Below are positions 24,701 to 39,700 of a stretch of DNA of 64,000 nucleotides, in pieces. The notes beneath the pieces are model-generated. The model did not search any database. It was not told the origin of the DNA and worked only from the letters and a program-made list of their open reading frames with translations. The DNA is from Balanoglossus misakiensis (taxonomy: Eukaryota > Animalia > Hemichordata): NCBI GenBank assembly GCA_040954595.2, contig CM082594.2:10606276-10670275 (forward strand). The letters run 5' to 3'. The position numbers and the translations under genes are program-made. Within the stretch, counting starts at the first letter, position 1. Every line of letters begins with the position of its first letter.

Positions 24701-27700
24701 CCATCATGGACTCACTTGGACACAAAAGCACCACTGTACCTGTCACTGGTTGTAGTATATAAACTAAGTAAAAGTATGCTAGAACAAACTGCCAACTATC
24801 GTTGTTTCAAAACCACCAAGAGACACACTCTCTTGGCATGCCAAGGCTGCAGTGTCATCCATACAGACAATACAAGCACCTGAGCATGTTGTCTTGAAAT
24901 GCTACACCTGATCGGAAATGAGCCGATTGTAGCTATGCACCACCTTTCGGCCTTGCTTCATGGCTATTTTATTCAGAATCTAATGGAGACCCCACTTCGC
25001 CTTCATCACCTTCCTGACCTCATACCTCCCATCTAACCGCTAAAATTCTGGACACTGTATCTTCCAATGCCACTGTATATAAATTCCAATAGCTGTTATT
25101 TCAAAATAATCACTTGTTTAAATATCCATACAACTTTAATTGAAAACGTCATTAACTTTGTTGATTGTTAGTATAGAGCATTGTATGATGTGAACCGTTT
25201 AGGAATGGATAGTTTTTAGCGCTAAAGAGAGAAATATTTTATAGGATTGCATCTGCGTACATATTTGGTGTGATGCTCGAAAACAGCTGTGAACATTGCT
25301 CCCAATGGGAAAACAGATTTAGCTCTCAGTGCAGTACAGTTCCACAGCGAATAATACATCTACACTATTTTTTTTTCTTTTTCTAACTTCTAAATCTGTT
25401 TTTGATTACAAGTTGGCACAAAGAAATCCCTCTATGATGAAAGTGTGCATTCCTGGCAAAAGTCAGTCGGAATGGATTTGTCAGAGGTTAAACTCCGGCA
25501 TATTTGCTTTACATGACTGACTGCAGTAGAGCTCAAAAGAACGGCACATTCAACGCAAGCTGACAAATTCTTACAAAGCATTCAAAGTCGTTTCCCCACT
25601 GCAACAATACAGCTGTGATATTTTGGGCGTCCGTGGTACATGTTTTGAAAACTTTTCACCAGACAGTGTTGATAATAACTTCTATAGTGATCCACTAGTT
25701 CTCAAGGAGAGGTTATCATTTCATACGTAGCCATGAAATTTGTTTTGTCCTTTATAAAAGCTAAGAACTGTTTTGTCTAGACAGGTCGAAAACAGTCAGA
25801 GTTTGTGTTTTTGAAAGTTATTTTTAGAGTTTTATGAAAATCAACAGAAAGAAAGGCGTTGACCACTTTTTCAAGGAAAAACAGGATTGTCCAATGACAT
25901 TGACGGAAGTTTGATTATTAAAAGCTAAAGAAGAATGCATTATATTTGATGGAAAAAATATCTGAGAGGCTTCTGTAACCCACCTTTCCACAGTTCATGT
26001 ATTCAACTGCTGTTTCTCTGAAGTAGAAATAAATATATGGTCCAATCTCGTATGATGACACAAAACTTGGTTCTACAGGAAAAAACAAAAGAAATGCACA
26101 CATATGAATATCATGAGGTAATAATCCTGTAATGTATTTCCTTTCCAGCACATGAGCATTACTGATAGAGAACCACTCCATGAGTGGATGTCCCCAAACC
26201 TCTGTCGTTTAGGAAACCTGCCCTCCACAGATATGAACAAAAATCTACAATATATCCATCATCATACAACATTGGAATATTCTAAACTTGACACTATCAC
26301 CCATTATGCACCTGGACACTTTTGACACAAAGCAAATCTGGTGAAATGTCTGCATCTCTGCTTTGCTAGTTTCCAATAGAATGTAAATTAAAATCAATCA
26401 CGAATGTGAAATCCTCTTGTTGATCTGCTTCAGCCCACATGTCAATAATGATAAGTGAGAATGTTAAAATACCAAAATTTCCACAAGAACAATACAGCTA
26501 TTATATCATTACTCACTCAGTCTATATTGATTCAATAATTATTTTTATATGACATATGAAATATTGATGAAATTGAATCCTTCAAAGAGACAGATTAATT
26601 GGTTGTGTACTGTACTGACACAGTAGTAATTTTTCATGAATGGAATAATGTCTGGGAACCTTGGTGCTGTTTGAACAGCTGTGAAGGGATTGTCCTTTTT
26701 CACTTATATTTTTGTGTGATATGGTGACATGATTAGACAGGCGAAGGCTTGAACTTCATTCATCAATGTCTCGTCTAAATCACTGAACCATGTGTTGTGA
26801 AAACCTGGTAACAATTTTGATCCAGCTGTTGACTGTAGATGTTTGAAATTAAACGTGCCATCACCCTCCTATGAATATAAATGTAGTAAGGCCTTTTAAA
26901 ATAAAGCCTTCAAATCTCTATAACACTGCTATTTATGTCCATTTTACTTTTTTGCAAACTGCCACTGATACACTTTCAAATTTCATGACTTCTGTGATTG
27001 GAACTAGAACCTCCTGGTGACACATTGATGGATCACCCACGTGTTATCTCCCAGACGCCATACGACAATCACCTATTGCCCACTCAGTGAAACACTTCCT
27101 GAAAAACCTTTCCAGTCCACGGATGTTCAAATCTCAAAGGGGCCGTATCTCTCTCTACTCACCACTGAGCCATTTAGAGTTGGACTGCACTGTTCTGAGA
27201 GTCGGCAAATTACCCAGCACTCTTTTAATGACAGGATCTCTGGCTGTGAAATCGGTTACTGTACCACTGTATATGTTGCCATCTGAGGAGATGAGTGCTG
27301 TGTTGTTGTGGTATGGATCATATGGACATTTGGACGTCCCGTGTACGCTGCTTGAAACCGCTGATAAATCATTTATCTGAAAAGTCAAAAAAAGGCCGTT
27401 TCCGGTCAGAAGATCACATCTTGTCTGAATTAACAGTAGTCATCTTCTAAATTGTTTTGGAAGCAAATCGGACAAAATAGGCTAGATACTAGACTAGGGA
27501 GCTCACTGGTCAGCAAAGCTTTACTTTCAGGAGGAAAATCTAAACTTTAACGATGCAAGCTTGTCTTTTACTAGACAGTGTACTGAAATATTGGGTGGCC
27601 TGTTGTATTTATCAACTATAAAAATCCCACACTTAGTTTGTGTATTTGTTCATGTATAATAATAGGTACATTCAGTGAAATATGGTATGTTTTGACTACT

Positions 27701-30700
27701 CTTTCAGCTCTGTGGGGTCTGATAATACTTCCAAGATCATCAAACTGAAATATGACATCAGCATTTAAACAAAGACAGCTGGTCAATCAGGAAAGGGTAT
27801 CTTTGCTGAATGTCTATACAAAACTCAATTTTGTTATGAGTAACAAGTAGATTGGTCATTTCTGTTTTCTAAACACATTTCACTGGCCAACCGGATGGGT
27901 GCTATAGGTGAAACTCAGAATTCGAACTTGCCACGGTACAAAGACAGGCCAAGTATTCCATGTGTACATGCTCATGCACCCACGTGTATTTGTTTGTACT
28001 GTCATCACGTGACTTAATTCATGACATCTCTTTTCCGGGAGTACAGTAGGCCTATTCTAGACAATTATTTTAAAACAAACTAAACATCTCTGATTTATAC
28101 TCACGGGTCTCCAAGTGCACTGTGGGGCAAACGCATAGGTACCACACACAAACACAGAGTCTTTCCATGGTAACAGCACTCTGATGAAGTTACGACAGTT
28201 CTCCTGCAAATACACAATACGACTTTCATGAGTATCAAATACATTAAGGGAACATACTCATATCGGTTGCTGGGCAACTAGAAAGGAGTCTGTTTTTGAC
28301 AGATCAACTAAAGTACTCTTGTGAGTAAAAGTGAAGAGGAAAATTTTCTTTGTTCAAACATGCGATGATGGATTGTGAGGATATTCCAGTTCATTGCAAA
28401 TATTTGTGTTTTGAGAGCTGTTGGCAATACTATCCATTTTGAATCATAAAACTGGACAGGACTTCCTGACAGTCAAAAAGTAAAATTTTACAGCAGGTCT
28501 CAATCTATACTACGCCAGAAGAAAAGGCTGTTGACTCAATTTATGGCTGATGCCCAGTGTTAGCTCTGTTTACACCAAAATCACAGCGAACCTAAGAACA
28601 CCAGCAGTTCAACACAAATCAAAATAAACAGAAGAGCAAAATTTTTATATTTAGCAAAAATAAATCTGACAGAACCAAAAGCAACTGTGCTCCCTGATGA
28701 CCATCAAAAATAACAAGCTGACATCTGCTATTTTTACACAATGACCAATCTGCTGGTTGTAACCAGGCCAATAGGCACCAGTTCACCTCATATACTATCA
28801 GGGCAAGAGGGAATGTCATTCTACTTAACATCAAACATTTTCTTCCAGTGAATCTGGGTCAATGCCTGGACTGCGGCAGAAATCTGATACTACAAACATT
28901 CATAGAAAATTCTCAGAGTATCTCGGGTCAAGAATACAGTGGACTTGATGGACTTGAGATACCAATGCACTTCTGTGGCCGTGACTATCAAAGCTTTTCT
29001 CATTATAATAAAATGTGTTTTCGTACCAGCATAGTATCAGAAAAAAATACTGAAACTAGCATGTGGTATCAAGGTGAAAATCAAAGTAGCATTGAAAAGG
29101 TCTTCTTTGAAGGAGGAAATGCCAAGACCAAGGATGATGTGTACAGGATGTGGCTGTCTGAGATGTAACGCTTATCAATATTTGTGTTGTCTTGAGCAAG
29201 ATCAGGAAGACAAATATCATTACCATCTGACTTCAAATAAACAAATTGAAAGTTCTGGCTAATTTAACTTCAGTTGGCTGTATGATTCTGAGTGTAAGTC
29301 TGGGATCCAGACTTGTGGTCATTCGAAAGACCATATGAGTCTTCCCGGCCGGTGAATTTGCCCCAGAAGACAGATGCATTGTTTTGGTGCTTTAGAGATT
29401 GATCAACGTTCTCACATTGTCTATTCCTCAGTAAATTATCAACTGTTTGACAACCGACTCAGTTATCGAGACTCACAAACTGCTGTCGGCAGAGACAGTA
29501 GTCTGTCTGTATTCGTAATCACCTTTGTTGGACAACTCCGGGGTAAAATTGACTGGAACAAATATAGAAAGCAGGAAATGCGTGGGAGTGCGCGTTTACT
29601 TTGTGTTGTTGTTATTTTTGTCACTCTTTTATAATGCATGAGGGACATTGAACTTCCTAAAACCTTGGCTAATTTGTATTCCATTAAAACAAATGAGCAT
29701 GTGGTCTATTGATTTTACTAAATCCCCCCTTTTCTTGGGAAAACAACTGTGAACTTACTAGGAGTACTATCTTTTGGCTGTGACCACCGGGTCACTGACC
29801 CCTCCAGGAAAATCTGAAACACAGCAGCAGCATTTTTTTTTCTCCAGCAGATAAACTTACATATATGGAGTTCTGTTTTAAAACCGAACTTTAAAGAGGA
29901 ACTTGCATGTTTAAAACAATTAAAGACAACATGCAGTACATCAGCTACAGTACTAAACATATTCAATCTGTATACCGTATGTGGACCTCTGTGTTTGTAC
30001 ATTTACTCAATGCGAAACACTTGCAACAAACTGTTTTGTTTGAAGATGCAGGTTTTAAAGTTCAACTTATGCACTCTGATTGTTTAGTTCAAAACTGGTT
30101 TGACTTCTTTTATTTGATAAACAGATAAAACTTTTCGCAACAAGTAAAAGTTTACTTCTGTTTGGTCTGTCGCTGTCTTCAGAACAATTTCGCATCTGTT
30201 TACCTAATTAACTTTCACAATGTGTAAAATTCCACACCATGCTTACAATGATGTCACAGACTAGTCTCCAGTGTTGATGCAACTGTTTGAAAATCAAGTG
30301 GCCAAGACATGTACATGTGGCGTACCTGGTAAATAGCCTCGAGTCACACCTCTTTACTACAGCACAGATGGAAATGCCTGCCTGCTTACAAATGTCCCAT
30401 GAGAAATCACGAACATTCTGTATTTTAAATCTTTCAATATTTTATCTCAGTAAAATAGCCGGCGGGGCGGTTTAACTATGAGGAGCATCGATATGAAGCC
30501 TTGTAAGGATTTGTAAAATGTGCCTGTAAAATTAAACCCGGCATTCCATGCATTATCAAATTTATATTTCCCTCTGGAATATACCTATTTTTCCACATCT
30601 GTTAAAATTGACATGTACGGTGCTTTATGTTGACGTCAACTTTAGCATAACTTATATATTTCTTTATTTCATTTCTGATGCAAATGTTTGCAAGCCCTAC

Positions 30701-33700
30701 TGACACAGCAGCCAGATTGTTTTGGTCATTCAGAGCCATGCACGATCCTTTCTTTGATTGGAATGCTTCTTGGGGCAATGTCTAACAACCCAAGTACACA
30801 CTGCATGACAAGACTTGATTATTTGCATGGAAAGAACCCAGGCAAGGTTTTCAAACAATTGTATAATCCCTGCACTTGTAAGAAAGGAGATCAAGTTAGC
30901 CTCTGGGTTTGTATTTCTTCAAGACTACCCTGAACAAGATGTGAAATGTTTCCAGACAGTTGAAGGATCTACTTCAGGCGTTTCTAAGACTCACTTCACT
31001 GGTCTTTCGTCGCGTCATTTCTCATCAGGACATTCCTGGGTTAGTTTACAAAGTGTGACTGAACTTTACATTTCTTTCTTGTGTCAGCTATGTGGCCGCA
31101 AGAATGCATAATACGGGCTGGTTCTTTTTCCTACGCGATCAACAATCTAATTGCATCTGTGTAACCTGGGCTAGACAATCACATCACCTCATTCGCTGTT
31201 GCCATGGTGCTAACATTCTAGATGCCTTATACTATGCAAATGTTTTCCACACTACCTTGATGAAACTCGTAGATGTATAATTGAAATGAAAAGAGTGACT
31301 TTTTGATAGCATCGACAGTTTATCAACCCCTTACCATTGGGAAATGCCAAAGTAAGCTGATCTGCACTGAGCGCTGTACAATTGTCACTGACAATTCTGA
31401 TGTGCGTTGCATACAAAATATGACATGACACATCCCTAGAGATTCTACATAAGATTAGAAAAGGAATGTGGATCGGAATTTGGATGAGTGTGCCTCTTTG
31501 ACAAGGATGAATTTCAGGTCGTACCAGGACAGTACCTGTACAGTTTCTTCTTATAAGATCTTATAAGATTCTTTAAGATTCTTATAAGTAAATTTTGTAC
31601 AGTTACTGATTAAACTAATACTCACCTCAGATTTTCCTTTGATTTGACATTCCTGTACTGCTTCAGTGTCTGCTTTCCATTCTACTGCCTGTGATTTTCA
31701 AAATACAAAGGGTAGAGATCTTTGATTAGGAGTCATCACAAAGATGTAGTTGTTTTTTAAGTTGAACATTTTTTCCCAGATTGTTAGGTCCATATGCTGT
31801 AGATTAACTAATCAGTGAGAGGCTGCTTTATGGCACCAGGCCGTATTATAGTTTGTATATTCAGCAGAGCCAACAAGCTTTCAACTCAAGAAACAAAAAT
31901 CCATCAAGTTATGTAGGTCATCTGTAAGGTCACCTAAATATTTGAAAGACATAGCTGATTCTCCTCCAAACATTGCACAAGGATTTAATCCTCATAAAAT
32001 CTATCCTTCATCTCCACACTTACAGAATGTATAATTCTACCAAGACAGCAGAGCTAACAGGCTGATACTGTGTACTTAAGGAAAATTTCACACACTCCAG
32101 CACAATGCATTTACTGTCAAGTTTTGGGACCTGCCATAAAATGGTTATACTTGGCTTTGCAACATATTTAATCCTTCCTGGACTCAAGAGCTGTAGTCTT
32201 ATGCTGGATTAGTAGTTGGATTAGTGTATGTTTTCATACAGACTTTGTACTCTACTGTTCTTATTACTAAAATACCATAAAGGTAATGCAGTCTACAGAT
32301 GTGTATTCGTCTGTGTGTGTGTTTGTGTCAGCCTGAACTGACGAGATTCTAAAATCAAAGTTCAGAAGTCATTCCAGGTGAACATTTGTTTTTCAAAATT
32401 CCCATTCTTGTATTGTTGTCTCATATCAGTAACCTCTCATTTAGAGAGAACTTTGAATTCTGACGAGGGGCAAAGTACTGAAAAACAATCAAGCTTCCAA
32501 TGATCAATAGGGCACCGGATACCGCAGAAATATAACAAGATGATCGCAATAACAAGATATCACGTACTAGAATTCCGTTTAAACTGAAAACCTGATAAAA
32601 ATATTGAAGAAACTGCCGACACCAAATTGACTTCGTGAAGAAGGTTCATATGATGCTAGTGAAACAAATCTTCAGACATACATTCATGCATAATTTGTGT
32701 CAATACTTTATTATCATTTTTTTGGGCTGCCAGATGTCAGACTGTTATCAAACCAAACACATACTATAAGTGCATTTGCTGGAGATAGCCCACAGCTATG
32801 TTCATATTTTGCAAAATTCTTCCTCCATAATGGCAAAGCATGACAGGAAGCACCATATCAATATCATGTTTGTGTCAAAGATGCCTTGAACTCTGCTTCT
32901 TGATAAATTTAATGGCACCTAGCTGGTATTCAGACGATAAATATTATCATTTTTTTTATTCTCGAATCCTGACAGAGAACACCAAGTAGAAATCCCAGGG
33001 GAAGATGTGTTTGGAGAAAGTTTTTTTTAAAGTGCTACCTGATGTTCAAACAAACCAGGCATATGTCATCTTCAGTATGCTACACAATATTGTGAAACTT
33101 ATAGAATATTTCTTTGCATCAACGAGTCTATGCAATATGGACAGCTTTTTTACATTAGTTTATAAGCACACTGGTCCCTGGGTACATGGCCATCCACCAG
33201 TTTTGGCCAATTGCCCCATCCCAGGAATTCCAGTGTACAAAACATGGCCAAGTATCAAGTTCATAGCTATGTTTTGAATGAACACCAACAGCTAGCTAGC
33301 TCTGTTTTGAAAGGTTCTGTTTTGAAGACCTTGATCGTCAACATTTCTGTCCATTCTCTAAGGGAGCCTTCAGTTATTACAGGGGGTGGGCCGGGGGGAT
33401 TCACAGCACACCTGAACTGTAACATAACCCTCCCCTATCCTCCCTTATAAAAAGTGACCCTCTCCTTATCCCCCCTGCAATTACTGAAGGCTCCCTAAAG
33501 GTCAGATATTAGATTTCTGTTCTCTGAACTCATCTACAGCTGAAGGTCTTTCTGTCACAACAATCCCTGTCTCAATTATGCCAGCGGAGTTCAATTTCTT
33601 TGAAGTTTATTTTATGCGGCACACGCTGCCAAAGCCACTGATGGCAAAATGTGGTTATTTGGGATTTGAGATTTCTACTGGGATGTAAAATTAACAAATT

Positions 33701-36700
33701 GTCAGTTGTTTGAAAGTTTTGCTGATATCAACACAAGGTGCACTATGGGAATTACTACGCGAGTCCGGATCATCCTGGACGATTGAGAAACCAAACTTGG
33801 CAATGATCCAAGGGCAAGGCAAAGATGCTAGTATTAGTCCAGCGTTGATTGAATGTTTATCAACTGTCATCACAAAAGTGGCAACTAGCTCACCCTTTAC
33901 AATTTCAGCAAACATTTCTTTCTTGTATACATCTTACAAAGAACAACCTCTTGGCACTTCATTAAATCTAAAAAGCACACCAAAAATCCGCTGTCTGTCG
34001 ATCTCACTAAGTCTGAATGAATACTTAAAATTAGCCAAAAGTAATATGGAGCATTAAAGCATGGTCTAGAGTCTTTCCTTGGAATTTATTGGCTCTTTGA
34101 ATCCAGAAAACACAATCTGAATAGCCAGAATCACAAGGCAAGATTCTAGACTAAATAAAGGTACAGGTCCAGTCAGGTTTGGCAGAGAACTCATTATTGA
34201 CTTAGTCTAGAATTTCTCTCTTTGATTTCTTGGCTTTGTCAACCTTAATCTAAACTACTATTTACTGTACCAGATTATGTAATGATTTGGACAGCTGAAA
34301 TCACTTGTCATGCACCAGAAATAAGTGAAATTCTAAAAATGAATAGTTTTTATTTGCACATAGTTTTCTCGCGTGATCGATTTTTTTATACAAGACTTGA
34401 AGATATTCAAGGTATTCTTAAAATATTATCTTGTACTATTTCCCGCCCGCATACCTTTTGACAGAAACTGTCGAACAGAATCACAACAGTTTACAGAATT
34501 GGACATGTATGTTTGTTAAGAAACAGCCATGTGTAACCGTCTTGGATCAGTTTGCTTTGTGATCAAGATGTGCGTTGTGTTGGAAAGACTGGCATGTATA
34601 CAAACCTCAATTTCTTCCAGATTTTCCATTGACAGCTTGAAGAGGTAGTCCCTGGAAAGAGATGGAATAAACACAGGAATCAGACAAAACTCATGGAAAC
34701 AATATTGGGATTTTTGGTATGAAAATTTAACTTGGCATACCTGTAATATTATGGTGTTGCACAGCAAAAACTTTTGCAAAACTTAGCAGAAACTAAACAC
34801 ATACATGTACTGAAGGTTAGCATTGGGTCACCATTTTTTCTGCAACCCTGGAACCAGGGTCTGCATAACCAGGGTAAAATGCTTTGAACATCACTAGGCA
34901 CTGCACATATCCCAGATAACCTCCACTTGAAGTTAACACCATGACAGATGCAAGCAATCTTGATATGATTATGACTTTGAAATTGAGTCAATCACAACTG
35001 AAGCACTCCTGCTGTTCGACGAGAATTTTACAAGAGTGAAAACACGATCATAATTATCATATCGTCATGGAACCAATTTCATACAAATTTGTAGCCGGCT
35101 AATGTGCAATTATGACAAGCAATGGGGAATCTGTACCCACTGGCTAAAAATAAAATTCAGGTTCTCTCTTCTATTTCAGGCTAACTTAGAATGTTTATTG
35201 GTATACATGTGGGTAGTTATTTGGAGCTGTACATATAGGTCCTGGACCAATATGTATTGTGAGAGTATTATCACGCAGTTGGCCGAGATCCAGGTTTTCA
35301 ATATTGTTCTTGATAGTATTGTGACACCAGTATTAGTCATAGTAGCGTATTTGCCCTATTGCCAAGTGAGTGGGGTGACTGCTTGAGCATTCAAGCACTG
35401 ACTAATTGTACAATCTGTTGTCTTTCGAGAGACCATTTCACCGTACAAAAGTCCAGACTTCCTTCCGAACACAATGAGGGTAAATGAAACTATCTGGAGT
35501 ATACCACAGACAGATTTTATTTCACTTTGCTCACTTCAGTAGCCAGGGTTGTATGCTGGGAAAGACTGCACTTGATATGTGTCAAGAAATTTAGAAACAT
35601 TAAGTGTCTCTCAAGTACAGGAGTCAAATTCACTTTGTAGTCCAAGTTTCCCACCTATATTGCTCATTAAGTCCGTCATTTACCCATGTGGGAAAAGTTG
35701 AGAACAGGGACTTCATTTTACAGGTCTTTGACTTTCAATTACTTTTCATGACTTTGACAAGAATGTTTTCGTGGAATTCAACAACTCTGTGTATCAAACC
35801 TGGGACTAAAATCTGTGCCCGCAATTTTAACCTACATCCACATGAGCTTACTATGCAATGAAAATACTCTAGGGCTAATAATGTTATTCTACCATGTAAT
35901 GTACATACTTTATCTGGGCTAATAAACTTCTGCTCTGTCAAGTTCAGTCTAGGCTAAGTTCAAGGACAGCCAAGTCCCCTAATCATAACTCGCTCAGCAG
36001 GGTAATTGTGTTTTGATTTGCCTAATATCTTGCTGGGTTCACATGTGTAGAGCCTTTGACGTAGGCTTTAATTGACATGAAATACCACGCTCACATTCAC
36101 AACTGACAAGTGGAGAGATTCCTCATCTTTTTGCCTTCTTTTACGTTCATCCATAGAAACTTGAGAAAACTCGAGAATATATGTTGTGTCCATACATGTC
36201 TTTTAACAAACACTGACAATTGTACCAGTACAAGTGGAAATTTATGTGGATTTTAACACAAAAATGCGTGCATGTACGGCAACAATGCTAGCAAGTTGGT
36301 GACATCTTCAGGTTTTTCCTCAAACAGACCGATAGAGTGGAAAGTCAAAGTCGACATCATTGCAAAAACCTGGTCACTGTTGTAAAGAACACTGATCAGC
36401 TGACTGACAGAAACCCTATCCACTACTTCAAACAACGCTGGGGGGCAATTGTTGTACACACGCCAACTTCAACATAGTCTGTAAACTGTTACTTGTTGAT
36501 GCAGAAAAAAAACACCATCACGTATTGATTTCATCCAATGTTTGTGTGTTCTTTACATTTCATGGTCTAGTTGGAGTAAAAAGATGTTTCCATAGTAATG
36601 TTATTGAATACTGTGTCAATATGAAAGAATCTGGCTTGACTGCAGTTAACGTACATGTATTTATGGTAATAATGTACGATAATACCTTGTGCGATCACGC

Positions 36701-39700
36701 TACAGTATACAACTTTTTTGCATATTTTACACAACCTTTTGATTGTCACAAGACTTTAATCTGAAATATGATACGAGTAGAGTTTTCCCATATTCTGCGT
36801 CACAGGGAAATTATGACACTTACTTCTAATCTCAGAAGAATTTTGGATAAGTACCAAGAAATGTACGTCAATGAAATATTTGCAACACGTGAACTGGCGG
36901 CCGGAACACTTGGTCTTGAATGGTATAAATATTGCGTGTTGAGACAAACACGCAGTATATCACGTGACTCTGAGGTTTGCCGACTAGTATAGAATGAACA
37001 ACACATGCAGCATGTATGTGCAGGGTAGCGAACTCCCCTAGCTACTTATATGGCTTCAGTTCCAGTAACTTGGCAAGGCAACGTACATTGCGTAGATACT
37101 GTTCAGTCTCTAAGCTGAATTATGAATAGTTGAATGCCACAACATGACAACTTCTCAGATAGAGAGGAATTTTTGTTCTGCATATTGGACAACCAAAGTA
37201 AATGGCGCTGATTGATAGAAGATGCTTACATCATTTAAATGAATCCATCATAACTTTTGGTCATTTGAGTAATGCTCTGTTTGAAAGAAAACAGACAAAA
37301 TTGCTTTGTACTCTGACAAAAAAAGTACATGTCATTGCGGCTTCTTTAACATTTGATTGATTACAGTTAACAATGAAATGGTTACATGCATGATTGCCAA
37401 CAGGGTAGGTATGTAAATCTTCAGACAGAATTTTTTAGTTAATAACAGGGCTCTCTAAGTTTTCTTTTTCTCCCCAGTAAATCCATGTAGTAAAGCGTCA
37501 GTGTTTTTGAAATGTCTATTGCAACAAAACATGTTTTGATGAGTTGCTCACTACTTATGGCGGGTGAGATTTGGCTTATCTCTGTTTTCCAAGTTGTTCA
37601 AATTGCACACTAGATTACATTTTGCATGTGAAAACTTATCAACCTGCATTTATCGCCGCAAAATAATCACGGAACACTTATCGTGGAATGTGATTTCTGC
37701 GGAATCGTCCCCATGGGAATGTTTAAGACCAGGGCTGGGATTTGTACACAGAAATACCTACATATCTGCTCTCCATCATTATTGCTAGTAAGCAGCTTTA
37801 GTTAATTCTGAGCTCTGTCTTTACTAGTAAAATGTCATCCAAGTGACTTATCTGTCTGCAAAAACAAAAGGAGGATTCACAATGATGTCAACATCCTGCT
37901 CAGTAATAGTATTACTGGAGATTCTTAGAATCTGAAAGCGTGTTTACACAGATGCATCCCTCTTTTGACACACTGCATCATAACAGTCACCAAAATAAAA
38001 CATCACTGATGTCATCTGCAAGCTCTTGAAATTAAATCCCACTCGCCGCTTCCTTTTGGGCAAGTTTCTATGAATTTTCAAGAACTTCCTTTGAAGTCAT
38101 TTCTGATGTACAGCTGATGAACCATCCGTAGTGAAAGAGACAAGCGATGTGAATTAAATCTCCTTGGTGTATAACGAAATTCACGTGAAAATAAAATTTT
38201 GTCATGCTGCCAACACAGGAAGGCTGAGCGTAAACCCGCTACGTTTGTAGAACAGTAAAAATTCACTGCTGAAGCACACAAAACATAGAAGACCAGGGGG
38301 TAAGACAGTGACTGACACGCAAGAGACCTTTGGGTCAGAAAATGGTAATAATTACGTCGGCGAAGAAGGATGTATGCCTCAGCTGCCCGGAGGATATCAG
38401 ATCTTCCAGAAAGCCAGGATGCAGACTTATCTACGCAATTTCCTTGGATTTAAGCCAGACATAATCATGCCTACATAAGCTCACGGTAATTGCAATTTCA
38501 TCCGTTTGATGGGGTTAAGTAACCGGCCCTTTCAAAAGTCAAAGTCATCAACGTTTTCACGATTTAATTGCCACATCTGCTTAATGTTTTAATGACTGAT
38601 GAATCAGATCTGGAGCTGGGATCAATACGGATGATTCAACTGTATGCTCAAAACTATAAAGCTCTGAAACAAAAGTGTCTCAGTGGTTCTCAATGCCATG
38701 GGAAAATATTCCAGGTGGTATGGAGCTAGCTAAATCCTTGTAAATTTCTGCCCTGGGAAGCCCAAGGTTTAGAAGACCCTGAAATCACAGGGATACAATA
38801 CTGTATTAAAACTCATGGGTACAATATTCAAGGTGGAAGAGAGTGACCATGTTTGTGGGGGAAAAATGTGAATATAACGGTAGTCCACTTAAAAAAAAGA
38901 CATCTTTCATGCGCCAACAATGTAAACAAAGACTGTTTTTCTTCAAACGCCAGTAAATTTACAGGGCAGAACCTCCCTTCCATCCTGCTATTGTTAACCA
39001 ATTTTCAAATCAATGTTTACGGCTATGCCGGCAGACTGTATCACCCAAGAAGTCCAATATTATGCAGGCTGTACCAGTATACATGTACGTAGTGTTGACA
39101 TACTGAGCTGTGATACAATATGCGAAGTATTCAAATCAAATACTTGAGTTCACACTTTAAGGTAATATATATACGTTAAGACTGGTATTTCTGGTCTGTG
39201 AATGGCATTCGGATGGTTTATATTTTCCTCGCTGGGGAGTTATGGTATTTGAGACATATTAAATTTTGTCAAATGTCACACAATGCCATCACTCTACGCA
39301 CATATTTGACATTTGAGAACAACATTTGGCCTCCTCAATACACTGGTAATAATTGTAGAATGGAAGCTTTTCTTTATGTTTGAGACCATGGTTGATTGAA
39401 GGACTATGTGTATCTCTTTTCAATACACAGTCTTCCATCTACCTACCTTGCACCGACAATGAGCTGTGAATTCTCTTCATCCACAATCATTCTGTAGTAG
39501 TCTGTGACGCCATCTTTCTGATAATTAACAGTTGTGTCACGTAAATCTGTGAAAATAAAGAAGAGAAATTTCTGTGTAATAATTTCCATTCTCATGACAC
39601 TTTGCTCAGATATGTTATATTGAACTATTAAAGAACACACCAAGAAATGCAAAAATTAGATATTTGTTCTGAAAATATAATTTTTGAAAAGCAAAATCTC

